DNA of 64,000 nt, taken from the NCBI GenBank assembly GCA_049322675.1, contig JBMORM010000025.1:128520-192519 (forward strand), in the 5' to 3' direction. Below are positions 1-8,641 of this stretch, in pieces (position 1 is the first letter of the stretch; each line of letters begins with the position of its first letter). The stretch comes from Patescibacteria group bacterium (GTDB taxonomy: Bacteria; Patescibacteriota; JAHJAL01). The notes below the pieces were generated by a model. That model ran no database searches. It was not told where the DNA came from and saw only the letters and a program-made list of their open reading frames with translations. A program made the position numbers and the translations under genes.

Positions 1-25
1 AAGTTATTAATTTATAATCGTAAAC

Positions 26-871
26 ATGGATTCGAATAAAAAAATCTTGAGGTTTGGTACTGGTGGTGTGCCTTTGTCAGCTCAATCTCGTGATACTTTG
101 TCAGGTATCAAAAGAATACGAGAATTGGGTTTGGATCATATGGAAATTGAATTTGTTCATGGTGTACGCATGGGCCAGGATAAAGCTAAAGAGATTGGTG
201 ATTTGGCCAAAGAATTGGATATTTCTCTTACTATTCATGCTCCTTATTATATAAATCTCAATGCTTTGGACCCAAAAAAACGGGCGGCTTCGAGACAAAG
301 AATAATTGAAAGTTGTGAAATAGGGGAGATTTTGGGGGCAAAGTCTGTTTGTTTTCACGCGGCTTTTAATCTCGGCCAAAATAGTGAGCAGGTTTTTGAA
401 ATGGTTTTAAGCGAGATGATTTTGATTGAAGAGGAATTGAAAAAACTAAATTTGGAAAATATTTGGTTGGCGCCGGAGATTACTGGTAAACAGACTCAAT
501 TTGGTAGTTTGGAAGAATTGGTGGTGTTGGCAAATAATTTGGAAAGAACAAGACTTTGTGTTGATTTTGCTCATTATTTCGCTCGCGAAGCCGGACAAAA
601 AAATAATTATGACGATTTTCGCCGATTATTGCTTGTGATTAAAAATGAATTGGGTTTAGAAGTTGCAAAAAAGCTTCATATGCATTTTTCGGGGATTGAA
701 TATTCGGCCAAGGGCGAAAAAAATCATCTCAAATTGGAACATTCACATTTCAATTGGCAGGGGACGATGAAAGCTTTGAAAGATGAGAATATTGGCGGTT
801 ACATGGTTTGCGAGAGTCCGGTTTTGGAAGAGGATGCACTTATCGCAAAAGAGTATTATGACAGATTGTAG
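26..871 (+). CDS. nfo: Endonuclease IV (Nfo)-like AP endonuclease family 2, xylose-isomerase-like TIM barrel
   Basis: Aligns by eye with E. coli Nfo metal-ligand blocks: HAPYYINL (cf. HDSYLINL), FHAA, LAPEITGKQTQFGS, CVDFAHYFA, LHMHFSGIEYSAKGEKNH. Confidence 0.55.
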   Translation: MDSNKKILRFGTGGVPLSAQSRDTLSGIKRIRELGLDHMEIEFVHGVRMGQDKAKEIGDLAKELDISLTIHAPYYINLNALDPKKRAASRQRIIESCEIGEILGAKSVCFHAAFNLGQNSEQVFEMVLSEMILIEEELKKLNLENIWLAPEITGKQTQFGSLEELVVLANNLERTRLCVDFAHYFAREAGQKNNYDDFRRLLLVIKNELGLEVAKKLHMHFSGIEYSAKGEKNHLKLEHSHFNWQGTMKALKDENIGGYMVCESPVLEEDALIAKEYYDRL

Positions 872-881
872 GTGATTTCCT

Positions 882-1349
882 ATGATTAATTTCCAATTTC
901 TAAAAATTATTTCTTTGATTGTATTATTACCTCTGATTGTTGGGTGCAGTAATACAATAATTTATGAAGACAATAAAAAAATAACTTTAGTTGGCGATAA
1001 CCAAAGTTATTATTTCAATGTTGAAATTGCCGATGATCAGCATGAAAGATCAAACGGTTTGATGTTTCGAGAAAAATTATCAAAAGACGATGGGATGTTG
1101 TTTGTTTTTGAAACTGAAGATTATCAGTCATTTTGGATGAAAAATACTAAAATCCCTCTGGATTTGTTGTTTTTTGATCATCAGGGGAAGATGGTTGATT
1201 ACAAGGATGATTTTATGCCGTGTTTTGACGGAGAGGATTGTGATAATTACTTTTCAAAAGGAAGGGCTATATATGTGCTGGAGATTAATAGCGACGTTTT
1301 GGAAAAAGATGATTATTTTATGGACGTGCCAAAACTGATAAACACTTAA
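882..1349 (+). CDS. DUF192 (COG1430) family lipoprotein
   Basis: Signal peptide with lipobox LIVGC, followed by the DUF192-type core GLMFR...MLFVF...FWMKNTKIPLDLLFFD. Confidence 0.55.
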   Translation: MINFQFLKIISLIVLLPLIVGCSNTIIYEDNKKITLVGDNQSYYFNVEIADDQHERSNGLMFREKLSKDDGMLFVFETEDYQSFWMKNTKIPLDLLFFDHQGKMVDYKDDFMPCFDGEDCDNYFSKGRAIYVLEINSDVLEKDDYFMDVPKLINT

Positions 1350-1392
1350 AAACCCTTAGAAACTCTTGGAAACGCTTAAAAACGAAATTGGT

Positions 1393-2112
1393 TTATGGGT
1401 GTTTATGTTTTTTTGAAATTGTGATAATGTTGTGTCTTTCTGTATAGTTTTTTAATATTTTAAAGCCGGTAGAAGATAGCGTTTTGCCAATCTCTTCTTC
1501 GGTAAAACTGTGGTAATACCTTTGGGCTAATATTTCTTTGTTGCTGTTTTTCCAGGGGATTAGGCAGTCATTTTGGTCGAGGTCTGGTAAGATTTTTTTG
1601 CTAAAATTGCAGCATGATTGATATTTTGTTTGATCAAGTTGCCAGTTGGTGCAAATAAATAGTCCGCCTGGTTTGAGAAAGGAAAAAATGTTTTGAAGCA
1701 CTTTTTTTCTGAAAGATTCTGAAGGGATGTGATGGAGGCTGGCGATAGCAAAAATATAATCATATTTTTTTTCAGTTTTAAAATCCATTAGACTGTCGAC
1801 TTGAAATGATATTTTTTGCTTTGCTTTTCTGTGAGTTCTGGAATACTTTTTTGCTTCTTTGATGAGATATTTGGAAATATCCACTCCCGTATATTCGATT
1901 TGGTCGGGCAAAATTGATAATAAACGACCATTGCCGCATCCTAAATCAAGTATAGAACTATCGGATTTGACGTATTTGTCAGTAATTATTTTTATTTCCG
2001 TCCAGTTGTATTGTCTGGTTGATGAAAAATGCTCGCTTATCGAGTCGTAGGCTTTGGTTGTATCTGTTATAATTTGGGTAGCTATTTTTGGAAGCATGGG
2101 AAAAATTTCCAA
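1393..2112 (-). CDS. Class I SAM-dependent methyltransferase
   Basis: Motif I ILDLGCGNGRL and a post-I acidic residue (YTGVDIS); 239 aa. Confidence 0.7.
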   Translation of the reverse strand: MEIFPMLPKIATQIITDTTKAYDSISEHFSSTRQYNWTEIKIITDKYVKSDSSILDLGCGNGRLLSILPDQIEYTGVDISKYLIKEAKKYSRTHRKAKQKISFQVDSLMDFKTEKKYDYIFAIASLHHIPSESFRKKVLQNIFSFLKPGGLFICTNWQLDQTKYQSCCNFSKKILPDLDQNDCLIPWKNSNKEILAQRYYHSFTEEEIGKTLSSTGFKILKNYTERHNIITISKKHKHP

Positions 2113-2226
2113 TTTTCAATTCTCAATTTCCAATAAATTTCCAATGATCAATTTCCAAACGAATTAGTATATTGCTTTCAAAAAATATTTGGAAATTGGA
2201 AACTGGAAACTGGAAATTGTAAATTT
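2104..2226. repeat. Miniature inverted-repeat element, heptamer-repeat family (TTCCAAT / GGAAATTG units), in a divergent promoter region
   Basis: The left arm (2104-2160) is about 93% identical over 57 nt to 4757-4815. The right arm is GGAAATTGGAAACTGGAAACTGGAAATTG. Confidence 0.7.
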
Positions 2227-2234
2227 ATTTTATT

Positions 2235-3914
2235 ATGTCCTTATTTTCCCAAAAATTTGCGAATATTGCCAATGCGCGGCGGGAAGCTGTGTGGTTGATT
2301 ATTAATGAAAAAATTGATTCGGAAGAAAGGGTGATAAAAATTGTTCGTCAAATGTGTTCAAAATATCACGTTTCTTGTTTGGATTTGAAAAAATCCGGTT
2401 TGATAGAGGCATATCGAGAAATGTTGGCGAATACTGAAATTGAAGAAAATAAACAATTTGAACAATTGATGATAAAAAGAAAGGTGAGGACCCAGTCAGG
2501 AGTTAGCGTAATTTCAGTGATGACCAAGCCGCTGTCTTGTCCGGGAAAATGTATTTATTGCCCGACGCAGGACAATATGCCCAAGAGTTATTTGGATAAT
2601 CAACCGGCGGCGATGCGGGGGGTGATGTTTGATTTTGATCCATATGAACAAGTGCGAGCGAGATTGATGATGTTGGATCGAATGGGGCATGATATTTCCA
2701 AAAATGAAGTTATTATTTTGGGTGGGACTTTTTCGGCGCATCCGGCGAGATATCAGGAGCTTTTTATTAAGCGGATTTATGATGCGTTTAATAATTATTC
2801 TGGGGGAAAGGTTCTAGGTTCTAGGTTCAAGGTTTTAGAGGGGGAGAAAATTCAAAATTCAAAATATAAAACTCAAAATATTGCTGATGATCTTGAGGGC
2901 GCGAAGAGGATCAATGAGACGGCGGGGTGTCGGATGATTGGCTTGACGATTGAGACTAGGCCGGATTGGGTGACGCCAACCGAAGTCAAGAGATTGAGAT
3001 ATTTTGGAGTGACTAGGGTCGAATTGGGAGTGCAGAGTGTTTTTGATGATGTTTTGCAGGGTGTTAAGAGGGGACATGATGTCGCTGAGATCAAAAAAGC
3101 GACGAACCTTTTACGTCAGGCGGGTTTTAAAATCGTTTATCATATTATGCCTGGATTACCGGGAAGTAATGTTGCTCGGGATATAGAGATGTTCAAATTG
3201 TTATTTTCTGACCCGGGTTTTTTTCCGGATCATTTAAAAATTTATCCGACAGTAGTATTAAAAGATAGTCAGTTGTATAAAATTTGGCAAAAAGGTGGGT
3301 TTAAACCTTATAAAAATAAACAAGTGGTTGAAGTGTTGAAGACGGCCAAAAAAATCGTTCCCCCGTGGGTGCGGATAGTCAGGATTATGCGAGACATACC
3401 GCAAGAATCGATCGTGGATGGGGTAAAAGTGTCCAATTTGCGGCAACAGTTGGAAGAGGCAGGAGCGGTTTGCCAATGCATCAGGTGTCGTGAACCAAAG
3501 GGAAAATTTGTCAAAGAATTGAAAGTGGTTAAAAGAAGTTTCGAGGTTTTGGGAGGCCAGGAAGTTTTTTTGAGTTATGAATCTACTGACGAAAAGAATA
3601 TTTTGGCATTGGCACGTTTGTTTATTCCAGATAAGAAAACAAATTCGATAGTCAAAATCATTCGAGAGATAGAAGGTTGCGCTTTGATTCGAGAGTTGCA
3701 TACTTATGGAACGGTAATTGGTGTTGACCAAAAATCAGACAACAAGAGTCAGCATCGAGGTTTAGGCAAAAAATTAATGATCAGGGCGGAATCGGAAGCC
3801 AAAAAATATGGTTTCAAAAAAATGGCAGTGATTGCCGGAATTGGAGTCAGGGAGTATTATAATAAAATAGGTTATAAATTGGTAGGTGAATACATGGTTA
3901 AATATTTGGTATAA
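2235..3914 (+). CDS. elp3: Elp3-like radical SAM / GNAT acetyltransferase (tRNA U34 carboxymethyluridine synthase homolog)
   Basis: CPGKCIYCP radical-SAM cysteine triad in Elp3 spacing; C-terminal GNAT block HRGLGKKLM...KIGYKLVGEYMVK; 559 aa. Confidence 0.75.
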   Translation: MSLFSQKFANIANARREAVWLIINEKIDSEERVIKIVRQMCSKYHVSCLDLKKSGLIEAYREMLANTEIEENKQFEQLMIKRKVRTQSGVSVISVMTKPLSCPGKCIYCPTQDNMPKSYLDNQPAAMRGVMFDFDPYEQVRARLMMLDRMGHDISKNEVIILGGTFSAHPARYQELFIKRIYDAFNNYSGGKVLGSRFKVLEGEKIQNSKYKTQNIADDLEGAKRINETAGCRMIGLTIETRPDWVTPTEVKRLRYFGVTRVELGVQSVFDDVLQGVKRGHDVAEIKKATNLLRQAGFKIVYHIMPGLPGSNVARDIEMFKLLFSDPGFFPDHLKIYPTVVLKDSQLYKIWQKGGFKPYKNKQVVEVLKTAKKIVPPWVRIVRIMRDIPQESIVDGVKVSNLRQQLEEAGAVCQCIRCREPKGKFVKELKVVKRSFEVLGGQEVFLSYESTDEKNILALARLFIPDKKTNSIVKIIREIEGCALIRELHTYGTVIGVDQKSDNKSQHRGLGKKLMIRAESEAKKYGFKKMAVIAGIGVREYYNKIGYKLVGEYMVKYLV

Positions 3915-3921
3915 TATAGAG

Positions 3922-3993
3922 GAAATTTTCAATTTTCAATTTTTAATTTTCAAACGATATTGTTTAGAAATTAAAAATTAGAAATTAAAAATT
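3922..3993. repeat. Inverted-repeat element, same family (TTTTCAATTTT / AGAAATTAAAAATT units)
   Basis: Arms ggaaattttcaattttcaatttttaattttcaaac and gtttagaaattaaaaattagaaattaaaaatt. Confidence 0.65.
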
Positions 3994-4702
3994 GTTTATC
4001 ATGAATCAAAACAATGGCAATGATATTGAAATAAAAATTGGTGAGAATGATCAACATAAGGACGAGTTGGCCAATCGACTAAAACAGAGATTGGAAAAAG
4101 ACAAGAAGGATGAATTGGGAGATGTAGTATTTCATGCAACCGATCCTCGGTTAAAGTACAATGCCTGGTGGACAGTTTTGATGGTGACTTTGATCACGGT
4201 TGCTCTGGGTGTGATAGTTTTTTTGGTGGTCAAAGGAGCGCCGAATACTTCGGTTGTTAAGGAGCAAGAGAGGTTGGCTGGTTTCAATCAGGTAAAAGTA
4301 AAATATGATCAGGCCTTGGTGGCGGCTACCAATGAGTTGGTAAAGGCGGAAAATAGTTTTAATAACGGTAATTTTTCCGAGGCCAATGATACTTCCAAAA
4401 TAGCCGAAGACGATTTTAATCAGCTTATCGACTATGCTTATGAATTGGGTGGGGTTGATTTGGGAGATCAAAATCAAGCTTTCAAGAGTTATTTTGCCAA
4501 TTTGGAAGAAGCCGCCAAGTTAGGTGAAAAAATGTCTAAGTCTTTGGCGTACGCTTCGAGATCGGCTGATAGGGGACAAGAAGTCGAAGCAAAAAAATCT
4601 TTATCTGAATATGATGGATATGCGCAGGATTTGGAGTTGGTGATAAAAAAAGTACAGGCGTTTAAAAATAGCCAGGGAGAGTTTTTTAAGGCAAACACGT
4701 AA
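3992..4702 (+). CDS. Hypothetical single-pass membrane protein
   Basis: One TM helix (WWTVLMVTLITVALGVIVFLVV). The track start is TTG at 3992; ATG at 4001 is the likelier start. Confidence 0.4.
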   Translation: MFIMNQNNGNDIEIKIGENDQHKDELANRLKQRLEKDKKDELGDVVFHATDPRLKYNAWWTVLMVTLITVALGVIVFLVVKGAPNTSVVKEQERLAGFNQVKVKYDQALVAATNELVKAENSFNNGNFSEANDTSKIAEDDFNQLIDYAYELGGVDLGDQNQAFKSYFANLEEAAKLGEKMSKSLAYASRSADRGQEVEAKKSLSEYDGYAQDLELVIKKVQAFKNSQGEFFKANT

Positions 4703-4756
4703 TTTAATTTTTGAGTTTGTCTTTACATTTTTGTTTTATTTGATAGGCAAGAAAGG

Positions 4757-4900
4757 AATTTCCAATTCTCAATTCTCAATTTCCAATAAATTTCCAATGA
4801 ACAATTTTCAAACAAATATATTTTTTAGGCGATACTCATGTTTGTTTGGAAATTGGACATTGAGCCTTTTTTGGAAATTGAGAATTGAAAATTGGAAATT
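4757..4900. repeat. Miniature inverted-repeat element, heptamer-repeat family
   Basis: A 57-nt left arm nearly identical to 2104-2160; right arm GGAAATTGAGAATTGAAAATTGGAAATT. It contains the TTG that the track uses as the RNase H start. Confidence 0.7.
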
Positions 4901-4909
4901 ATAAATTCT

Positions 4910-5338
4910 ATGAATGAAATCGTAATTTTTTCCGATGGTGGTTCTCGTGGTAATCCTGGTCCGGGGGCGGGGGCGGCGATGGTTTTTTTTGACAGTCAAA
5001 AGCAATGTTTGGGCAAGTCAAGATATTATGGTCATTGCACCAACAATCAGGCTGAATATCAAGCCTTGCTTGATGGGATAAAAGTGGTTGAGTCAAAAAT
5101 AAAAGATGAAGATCTGCATGAAGTTGATTTGAAGATTTTTCTGGATAGTGAACTGATGGTCAAACAAATCAACGGGGAGTATAAGGTCAAAAGCGAAGGT
5201 TTGGCGCCTTTTTACGAGCAGATTCAACAAAAACTTTCCAAATTTGGCAAAGCGACTGTGACTCATGTCATGCGCTCCAACAACAAATTAGCCGACATGA
5301 TGCTCAATGCGGTTTTGGATAGATGGGAAGGGAAGTAA
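4910..5338 (+). CDS. rnhA: Ribonuclease HI
   Basis: IFSDGGSRGNPGPGAGAAM and the ...NNQAEYQALL... RNase H fold signature. The track ORF begins at a TTG (4892) inside a repeat element; the in-frame ATG at 4910 is preceded by that repeat. Confidence 0.7.
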   Translation: MNEIVIFSDGGSRGNPGPGAGAAMVFFDSQKQCLGKSRYYGHCTNNQAEYQALLDGIKVVESKIKDEDLHEVDLKIFLDSELMVKQINGEYKVKSEGLAPFYEQIQQKLSKFGKATVTHVMRSNNKLADMMLNAVLDRWEGK

Positions 5339-5340
5339 TA

Positions 5341-5480
5341 TGAGAAAAATTTTCAATTTTCAATTTTCAGTTTTTCCCTCACGGGATCGAACTGCTGCTG
5401 ACAAACATATTTTGTATGCGATATTTGAAAATTGGAAATTGAAAATTTATTGGAAATTGAAAATTGGAAATTGAAAATTT
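5341..5480. repeat. Inverted-repeat element, heptamer-repeat family, with a GC-rich core
   Basis: Arms ttttcaattttcaattttcag and (gaaaattggaaattgaaaatt)x2 flank the core ccctcacgggatcgaactgctgctgac. Confidence 0.65.
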
Positions 5481-8472
5481 TGTAAACGAATATAACAGAT
5501 TGAATCCTCGCCAAAAAGAGGCTGTTGATACTATTTATGGCCCCGTGATGGTAATTGCCGGTCCGGGGACGGGGAAGACGCAGACTTTGACGGTGAGGAT
5601 TGCCAATATTTTACAAAAGACGGATAGTATGCCGTCTAGTATTTTGTGCCTGACTTTTACCAATTCAGGTGTTAAGGCAATGCGGGAACGTTTGGTAAAA
5701 ATAATTGGTCCTGACGCCTATCGGATCGATATTCACACCTTCCATTCTTTTTGCAACGAGGTGATAACTTTTCATCCCGAGCGTTTTTTGTTTGCCAAAA
5801 AAATGCAGCAGATCACTGATTTGGAACAGATTCAATACGTGATGAAAATATTGAATGAAGGTGATTTTAAGTTATTGCGGCCACCCAAGGCGGCGGATTT
5901 TTATCTCAAAAGTATTATCAAGGCGATTGGTGATTTAAAGATGGAAGGTTTGACTCCTGAAGAGTATGAAAAAATTGTCCGGCAAAGACATCAAGAATAT
6001 GAAATATTTCTAGCGGAAAGAGAAAAGAAGCCGACGCAAAAAGATTTGTCGGAAAAAACTTCGATTGAAAGAAATCTGGAATTGTCAGATTTGTATCGCA
6101 AATATCAAGAGTTGATGCGGGAAAATGGTCGTTATGATTACAATGACATGATCTTGTTTGTTTTAAATGAGTTTAAAAAAGATATAAATTTTCTGGCGGG
6201 GTATCAGGAGAAATATTTATTTATTTTGGTGGACGAATATCAGGATACCAATGGGGCACAAAACGAGTTGATCAAATTGATGGGCGCCAAGGTGGATCAA
6301 CCGAATATTATGGTGGTGGGGGATGACGAGCAGTCGATTTACCGTTTCCAAGGCGCCAGTTTGGAAAACCTGTTATTTTTTACCGATTTGTTTCCCAAAA
6401 CAAAAAAAATTGTTTTGAATATAAATTATCGCAGTCCAAAAAATCTGGTGGCGGCTGCCAGATCGATGATTGTTCAAGCCGGGGTTAATGCTCAGCAAGT
6501 TTTGGCGATAGATAAAGAGATTGAGGCGGCAAACCAGAATGATGTGCCCGGGGCGTGGTTAGTAAAACTTGAGAGCGATGATTTGGAACAAAGTTGGATT
6601 ATGGAAAAAATAAAAAAATTATCGCAGAGCGGAGTAGATCTGTCGGATATTGCTTTGATTTTTCGAACCAATGACGAGATGGAAGATTATAAAAAGCTAT
6701 TTTTGGCAGCCGGCATTGACTGGCGATTTTTGACCGGAGCCAATATTTTGCAGGAGAAGATCATATCGCAGTTGGTTGATTTGATACGAGTGATTATCAA
6801 TCCTTTCAACGACGAGTTGTTGTTTAAGGTAATGTATTTTTCCTGGCTCAAAATAGATGAAGTGGATCATTATCGTTTATTAAGTTTTGGTCGCCGAAAA
6901 ATATTTGCTTGGCTAGTGGAAAACAAAGATGCTGATTTGACTGACAAGTTTAAAGATTGGCCTGGATTGGTAAAATTTGCCAATTTTGTTTTAATAATCA
7001 GAAAAGAAAATGCCAATCGGACTTTACCGGATGTTTTGGAAAAATTGATCAAACAAAGTGGTTTATTGAAATGGGTAGTGGAAGACAAAAAGAGAGTAGG
7101 GGATTTGCCAAAGTTAAAGAGCTTTTTCAAATTTGCCAAGTCGGCGGCCGCCAATCGGGTTGAATATGATTTAAGTGAGTTTATAAATACTTTGGCGGAC
7201 ATGAAAGATCATGATTTGCCGATTCGTTTCAACGAGATGGATTTTTCCAAGTCGGCAGTGGTTCTGACGACGGCTCATGGTAGCAAGGGCTTGGAGTTTG
7301 ATTATGTCTTTATTGTCAAAGCGGTGGACAAACATTGGAGCAACAAGACTGCGCGGGAATTAATAAAAATAGTGCCGGGAGTGATCAAAAAACAACCCGA
7401 AAAGACAGAAGCGGTGGATGAAGAAAGAAGACTATTTTACGTGGCTATGACGCGAGCCAAAAAAGAATTGTATATTACCTGGGCGAAAAAATATGGTCTG
7501 GGCAAAGATGAAAAAGAGACGATCGAATCAATGTTTGTGGCCGAAATAGATCAAAATTTTTCTCAGTCTGTCGATAGTGGATTGTCGGAGCAAAAAAATA
7601 AAGAATTGATTGCCGATTATTTTGACAAAAAGCCAGAGGCGGTTTTTTCAGTTGAATTGACTGATTATTTGCGACATTTGGTTGATGAATTTGTCCTCAG
7701 TCCTACTGCTTTGAATAAATATCTGGATTGTCCCAGAAAGTTTTTATACGAAAGTTTATTGCGGGTGCCGATGGCCAAGAAACTACCCTTGCAATACGGA
7801 TCGGCGATACATTACGCGTTGGAAATGTTTTACAGCGAGTATAAAAAGACTAAACAATTACCGGAAAAAGAGGTTTTGTTGCAATATTTTGAGGCGGGTT
7901 TAAATAAAGAAGTCTTAGCTGAGCATGACCTGAAACATCTTCGACAAAATGGCCGGGAAAATCTGGCAAAGTATTATGATTTTTATTGTGATAAATTCAA
8001 GATTCCGATTTACAATGAGTTCAATTTTGGCAGCAAAAAGATATTATTGGATCAGCAAATCCCGATCACGGGCAAGGTTGATCGGGTAGAGTTATTGGAG
8101 GATAGTGATGGTGAGACCGTGAGAGTGATTGATTATAAAACCGGACAACCCAAGAGTCGCAATGATATTTTGGGTAAAACCAAGACTTCGACTGGCGATT
8201 ATCACCGGCAGCTGATATTTTACAAGTTACTCGGGAGACTATCTTCCAGCTTTATTTACAAAATCAAAGAAGTGGAATTAGATTTTGTCGAACCCAAAAA
8301 AGGTTCGGGAAAATTTGTTCGAGAATCTTTTATGATCGAATTGGAACAGTTGAATCAATTAAAAAAAATGATTCGAGAAGTCTGGGTCAAAATTCAAGCT
8401 TTGCAATTTCCCTGCCTGCCTGAAAAAAATAAATGCAAAGATTGTGATTATCGCGATTTGTGTGATAAATAA
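5464..8472 (+). CDS. UvrD/PcrA-family helicase fused to a C-terminal PD-(D/E)xK (RecB/AddB/Cas4-like) nuclease with a 4-Cys cluster
   Basis: N-terminus LNPRQKEAV...VIAGPGTGKT (Walker A), DEYQDT (Walker B), helicase motif VI-like YVAMTRAKKELY. C-terminus YLDCPRKF ... CLPEKNKCKDCDYRDLC (four Cys, AddB/Cas4 type). The TTG start lies inside a repeat element. Confidence 0.7.
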   Translation: MEIENFVNEYNRLNPRQKEAVDTIYGPVMVIAGPGTGKTQTLTVRIANILQKTDSMPSSILCLTFTNSGVKAMRERLVKIIGPDAYRIDIHTFHSFCNEVITFHPERFLFAKKMQQITDLEQIQYVMKILNEGDFKLLRPPKAADFYLKSIIKAIGDLKMEGLTPEEYEKIVRQRHQEYEIFLAEREKKPTQKDLSEKTSIERNLELSDLYRKYQELMRENGRYDYNDMILFVLNEFKKDINFLAGYQEKYLFILVDEYQDTNGAQNELIKLMGAKVDQPNIMVVGDDEQSIYRFQGASLENLLFFTDLFPKTKKIVLNINYRSPKNLVAAARSMIVQAGVNAQQVLAIDKEIEAANQNDVPGAWLVKLESDDLEQSWIMEKIKKLSQSGVDLSDIALIFRTNDEMEDYKKLFLAAGIDWRFLTGANILQEKIISQLVDLIRVIINPFNDELLFKVMYFSWLKIDEVDHYRLLSFGRRKIFAWLVENKDADLTDKFKDWPGLVKFANFVLIIRKENANRTLPDVLEKLIKQSGLLKWVVEDKKRVGDLPKLKSFFKFAKSAAANRVEYDLSEFINTLADMKDHDLPIRFNEMDFSKSAVVLTTAHGSKGLEFDYVFIVKAVDKHWSNKTARELIKIVPGVIKKQPEKTEAVDEERRLFYVAMTRAKKELYITWAKKYGLGKDEKETIESMFVAEIDQNFSQSVDSGLSEQKNKELIADYFDKKPEAVFSVELTDYLRHLVDEFVLSPTALNKYLDCPRKFLYESLLRVPMAKKLPLQYGSAIHYALEMFYSEYKKTKQLPEKEVLLQYFEAGLNKEVLAEHDLKHLRQNGRENLAKYYDFYCDKFKIPIYNEFNFGSKKILLDQQIPITGKVDRVELLEDSDGETVRVIDYKTGQPKSRNDILGKTKTSTGDYHRQLIFYKLLGRLSSSFIYKIKEVELDFVEPKKGSGKFVRESFMIELEQLNQLKKMIREVWVKIQALQFPCLPEKNKCKDCDYRDLCDK

Positions 8473-8482
8473 TTGTCAATCG

Positions 8483-8543
8483 TAGGGGCGACCCTCGCGG
8501 TCGCCCGGTTTTCAATGTAGGGGCGAGGTTTCCCCGCCCCTAC
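8483..8543. repeat. Two adjacent GC-rich hairpin palindromes sharing a GTAGGGGCG arm
   Basis: GGGCGACC-ctcgc-GGTCGCCC, then GTAGGGGCG-aggtttccc-CGCCCCTAC. These are about 80% GC in a ~35% GC genome, immediately after the helicase-nuclease stop. Confidence 0.6.
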
Positions 8544-8612
8544 GGTGATGAATGGCAAAAAATTTTGGTCTATGATATATTTATTTCTTACGTGTTTAAC
8601 ACGAAAATACCC

Positions 8613-8641
8613 TTGACAATTATGTTTTTGCGTGATACGGT
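8613..8641 (+). promoter_or_regulatory. Sigma70-like promoter: TTGACA, 17-nt spacer, extended -10 TGATACGGT
   Basis: cTTGACAatt(N14)GTGATAcGGTG lies 34 nt upstream of the 8675 ATG. A near-identical ~44-bp motif recurs at 17935-17978. Confidence 0.5.

Noticed and set aside
5381-5400. GGGATCGAAC tRNA T-arm-like fragment in the core of the repeat element at 5341-5480
   Set aside because: The flanking sequence cannot form acceptor or T stems, and the region is too short (~50 nt) for a tRNA. It may be a tRNA-derived remnant, but it is not a gene.
2104-5480. Heptamer tandem arrays (GGAAATTGAAAATT...) considered as CRISPR arrays
   Set aside because: The units are 7 nt, directly abutting, with no 25-40-nt unique spacers. 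No cas genes are present. The arrangement is inverted-repeat, not direct repeat-spacer.
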